From an uncultured Fibrobacterota bacterium (GTDB lineage Bacteria > Fibrobacterota > Chitinivibrionia > Chitinivibrionales > FEN-1185), in NCBI GenBank assembly GCA_963753345.1, contig CAVWBU010000021.1, positions 96,001 to 160,000 on the forward strand: a stretch of DNA of 64,000 nt, read 5' to 3'. Each line of letters begins with the position of its first letter. Position 1 is the first letter of the stretch. A model generated the notes under the pieces. That model had not been told where the DNA came from. It saw nothing but the letters and a program-made list of their open reading frames with translations, and ran no database searches. Below are positions 61,418 to 64,000 of this stretch, piece after piece. A program made the translations under genes and the position numbers.

Positions 61418-61957
61418 ATGCTCCACATCCATTATTACGGCGATCCTATATTACGGAGAAAAGCCAGGCAGGTTGCGGCGTTCGACGACGAGCTCGGCGC
61501 GCTGGTGGACGACATGATCGAGACCATGGCCGAGAACGACGGCGTGGGGCTGGCCGCTCCGCAGGTGGGACAGTCGAAGCGCCTCGTGGTGATCGACGCC
61601 ACCAAGGGCGAGGCGCCGCCGTTCGTGCTTGTCAATCCGGTATTCACCTATTTGTCCGACGATCTCGTGGAGCGCGAGGAGGGATGCCTGAGCTTTCCCG
61701 ACATACATCTGGATATCAAACGTCCCTCCGTTGTGTCCGTCAGGGCCTTTGACAGGGCCGGAAAAGAATTCAGCATTGACAAGGCGGACGATCTTCTCGC
61801 CCGCGCGCTTCAGCATGAGATGGACCATCTGGACGGCCTGGTCATCACCGACCACATTTCGCTGCTCCAGCGCAGGCTTTTGTCCGGCAAGCTCAAGAAG
61901 ATCGCGGCCATGGCGCCCGGCAAGGCTGTGCGCGAAAGTAAAGCAAAAGCCGTGTGA
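61418..61957 (+). CDS. def: Peptide deformylase
   Basis: GVGLAAPQVG, EGCLS and QHEMDHLDG motifs. Confidence 0.96.
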   Translation: MLHIHYYGDPILRRKARQVAAFDDELGALVDDMIETMAENDGVGLAAPQVGQSKRLVVIDATKGEAPPFVLVNPVFTYLSDDLVEREEGCLSFPDIHLDIKRPSVVSVRAFDRAGKEFSIDKADDLLARALQHEMDHLDGLVITDHISLLQRRLLSGKLKKIAAMAPGKAVRESKAKAV

Positions 61958-63393
61958 GCGCCGCACCCGCCGCCCGATCGGTCGTGACGTCCCTTTTCAC
62001 ACAATCCGTATGCACTGCCATGATGCGTCTCGCAACCGTTTCCGCCGCTATCCTTCTATGGGCGTGCATGGTCCAATGCGCGCCGACAAGGCAGGTTGCT
62101 TCACATAAAGGAACGGCCGGCCCCATGCTCCTTGCACAGAACGAGACCGGCCGCGCCGCCGGCGACGTGTGGGACGTCGAGCCGCAGGGCCGGCCCGCTC
62201 CTGAGCGGTCGTCCGGGTATTATGCGGACGGCGCGAATTTTCACGTTCCGTCGTCATGCGTGCGCGTGATGCTGCGCCCGAACCAGTCCCGCGCGGCCGT
62301 GCGCTCGTCCGGAACCGTGGCGCTGCACAACGGCGGCACGTTGGGCGCAGTGTCGTTTTCCGGGAGCGCGTCCGTTGAGCGCGGCGACGCCGCCGGCAGG
62401 GTGTTCGTTTCGGCCGGAACGCTCGGCAGGATAGGGGTCGTGCTTCCGTGCACGTTGCTTTCCGCAAGCGAATCCGGCATGGTGGTCATCGAAAACCTCG
62501 CGTGCCGCGGCTCGATCATCATTTCTGCGGAACAGGGAGGGCTTTTCTCGCTTGCAAACTTTATTGACGTGGAAGACTATCTTCGCGGCGTGGTGCCCCT
62601 CGAGGTGGGGAAGGGCGGCGCCGACGTTGCCGAGGCGGTGAAGGCCCAGGCGGTTGCCGCGCGCACCTACACGTACCGGAAAATGCAGGACAATGCCGCG
62701 GCCGCCTACGACGTGAGCGCCACCGTGTCCGACCAGGTCTACGGCGGCGCCGAGGCCGAAGCCGAGGCATGCAGCAGGGCGGTCGCGGACACGCGGGGCG
62801 AGGTGATGCTGTACCACGACAGCCTCGTGTACGCCTATTACCATTCCACGTGCGGGGGCAGGACCGCGAATATCGAGGACGTGTGGAACAAAAGCAGGCT
62901 CGGGTATCTGCGCTCGGTTGACGATGAAAACGGATGGTCGGGGCCGTACTGCGGGCAATCAGGGACGTTTGCATGGGAGGAGCGCTGGTCGCTCGCCGCG
63001 TTCACGAGCATCGTGACGCGCTTCTCCCGCGAGGCGTACCCGCAGAACGCCTGCACCGGCGACGTTCGGAGCGTGACCATCGACGCGCGCTTTTCATGCG
63101 GCAGGGTGAAACAGTGCGGTGTGCATACGTCAAGCGGCACGTTTGTGTACGGCGGCGACAGGATCCGCTTTGTATTCCGCCGCAACCAGCCCGGGTTTCC
63201 CATCCTGAAAAGCAGCCTCATCACCGACGTGTCGGTGCGCGACGGCGCGGTCGTCATGAAGGGCCGTGGCTACGGCCACGGCGTGGGCATGTGTCAGACC
63301 GGCGCGCTTGCAAGGGCGAAACACGGGCAGAAGTATGATGAGATTCTTCATGCGTACTATACGGGGATTACGATACGTAAAGTGACAAAATAG
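61954..63393 (+). CDS. SpoIID/LytB domain protein
   Basis: EDYLRGVVP.E, KAQAVAARTY, DQVYGG, YHSTCGG and GYGHGVGMCQ motifs. Confidence 0.92.
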   Translation: MSAAPAARSVVTSLFTQSVCTAMMRLATVSAAILLWACMVQCAPTRQVASHKGTAGPMLLAQNETGRAAGDVWDVEPQGRPAPERSSGYYADGANFHVPSSCVRVMLRPNQSRAAVRSSGTVALHNGGTLGAVSFSGSASVERGDAAGRVFVSAGTLGRIGVVLPCTLLSASESGMVVIENLACRGSIIISAEQGGLFSLANFIDVEDYLRGVVPLEVGKGGADVAEAVKAQAVAARTYTYRKMQDNAAAAYDVSATVSDQVYGGAEAEAEACSRAVADTRGEVMLYHDSLVYAYYHSTCGGRTANIEDVWNKSRLGYLRSVDDENGWSGPYCGQSGTFAWEERWSLAAFTSIVTRFSREAYPQNACTGDVRSVTIDARFSCGRVKQCGVHTSSGTFVYGGDRIRFVFRRNQPGFPILKSSLITDVSVRDGAVVMKGRGYGHGVGMCQTGALARAKHGQKYDEILHAYYTGITIRKVTK

Positions 63394-63407
63394 AGACAAG
63401 ACAGAAT

Positions 63408-63814
63408 TTGGGCGTTCCCCTCCCCCTCGACTTCGCTCGGGGTCGGGTCGGCCCTCCTTCCGGTCTCGGCCTTCGGCCTCGGGCTGCCACGGCCGTATGC
63501 CGCTTCGCGGCCGGTCCGGGCAGCACCGTGCTCTAGCACGGCCTCCAGTCCTGCCTAACGCAGCGCATGCGGGATTCTTATCAATCAAATATTTCTTCTC
63601 ACGCCAAACTGCATTCGCAGACATCAGCCAAGATTACTTTCTTTGCTTTTCAACTACTCTACGTGGGTGCCCCCCAACCGAAGCAACTTTCTTGCAAATC
63701 AACTTCCTTGGGGGCCACCCAAGAGGGGGTAGCGGAGGACCGGTCGCGCACCTCCGGGATACTTGTTTGTAAAGCGGCGCGGCCGGGCCGCAGCGAGGGG
63801 GAGTCTTCCCCCGC
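63408..63814 (-). repeat. Bipartite structured intergenic repeat, copy L
   Basis: Complete motif set. Confidence 0.92.
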
Positions 63815-63904
63815 ATGAATGCTTTTCTTATTGCATCTGATAAAACCTATTTTATCAACGCATACACACATATTCGCATTCACGCATTCACCTCGGAGTT
63901 CCAC

Positions 63905-64000
63905 ATGTCCTTTTTCATCGAACTCGCAAAGAAGCGCTACTCCGTCCGCTCATATCAAGACAAAGAAGTTGAGGAGCCCATCCTCCTCAAAATCCTCGAA
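63905..64000 (+). CDS. Nitroreductase family protein (N-terminus only)
   Basis: MSFFIELAKKRYSVRSYQDKEVEEPILLKILE. Confidence 0.8.
   Translation, partial: MSFFIELAKKRYSVRSYQDKEVEEPILLKILE

Overview
GC-rich Gram-negative bacterial chromosome segment. It is possibly Fibrobacterota/Chitinivibrionia-like, but that is an impression and cannot be verified here. Housekeeping genes include msrAB, mntH, nnr, coaX-birA-nadC, hisD, tRNA-Cys/Gly, gatB, miaB, pgpA, SRP RNA-dnaX-ybaB-recR and yajC-def. The window also holds two PAS hybrid kinases, a discrete fatty-acid/polyketide-type cluster (29.6-39.4 kb) and a fused restriction-modification gene. The dominant unexplained signal is non-coding. A bipartite, highly structured intergenic element of about 410-480 nt occurs 12 times plus a stub (about one per 5 kb). 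Its copies are divergent in sequence but keep their stems through compensatory changes, and they show strand polarity and shuffle modules. They carry nested REP-like hairpins and a 27-nt micro-insertion. In one case the two arms bracket a 3.1-kb restriction-modification gene. Other points of interest are inverted heptamer arrays around a four-helix-bundle gene (with an empty copy elsewhere) and an A10 run at the expected tau/gamma junction of dnaX. Several frameshifts, including one in gatB, look like long-read consensus errors.
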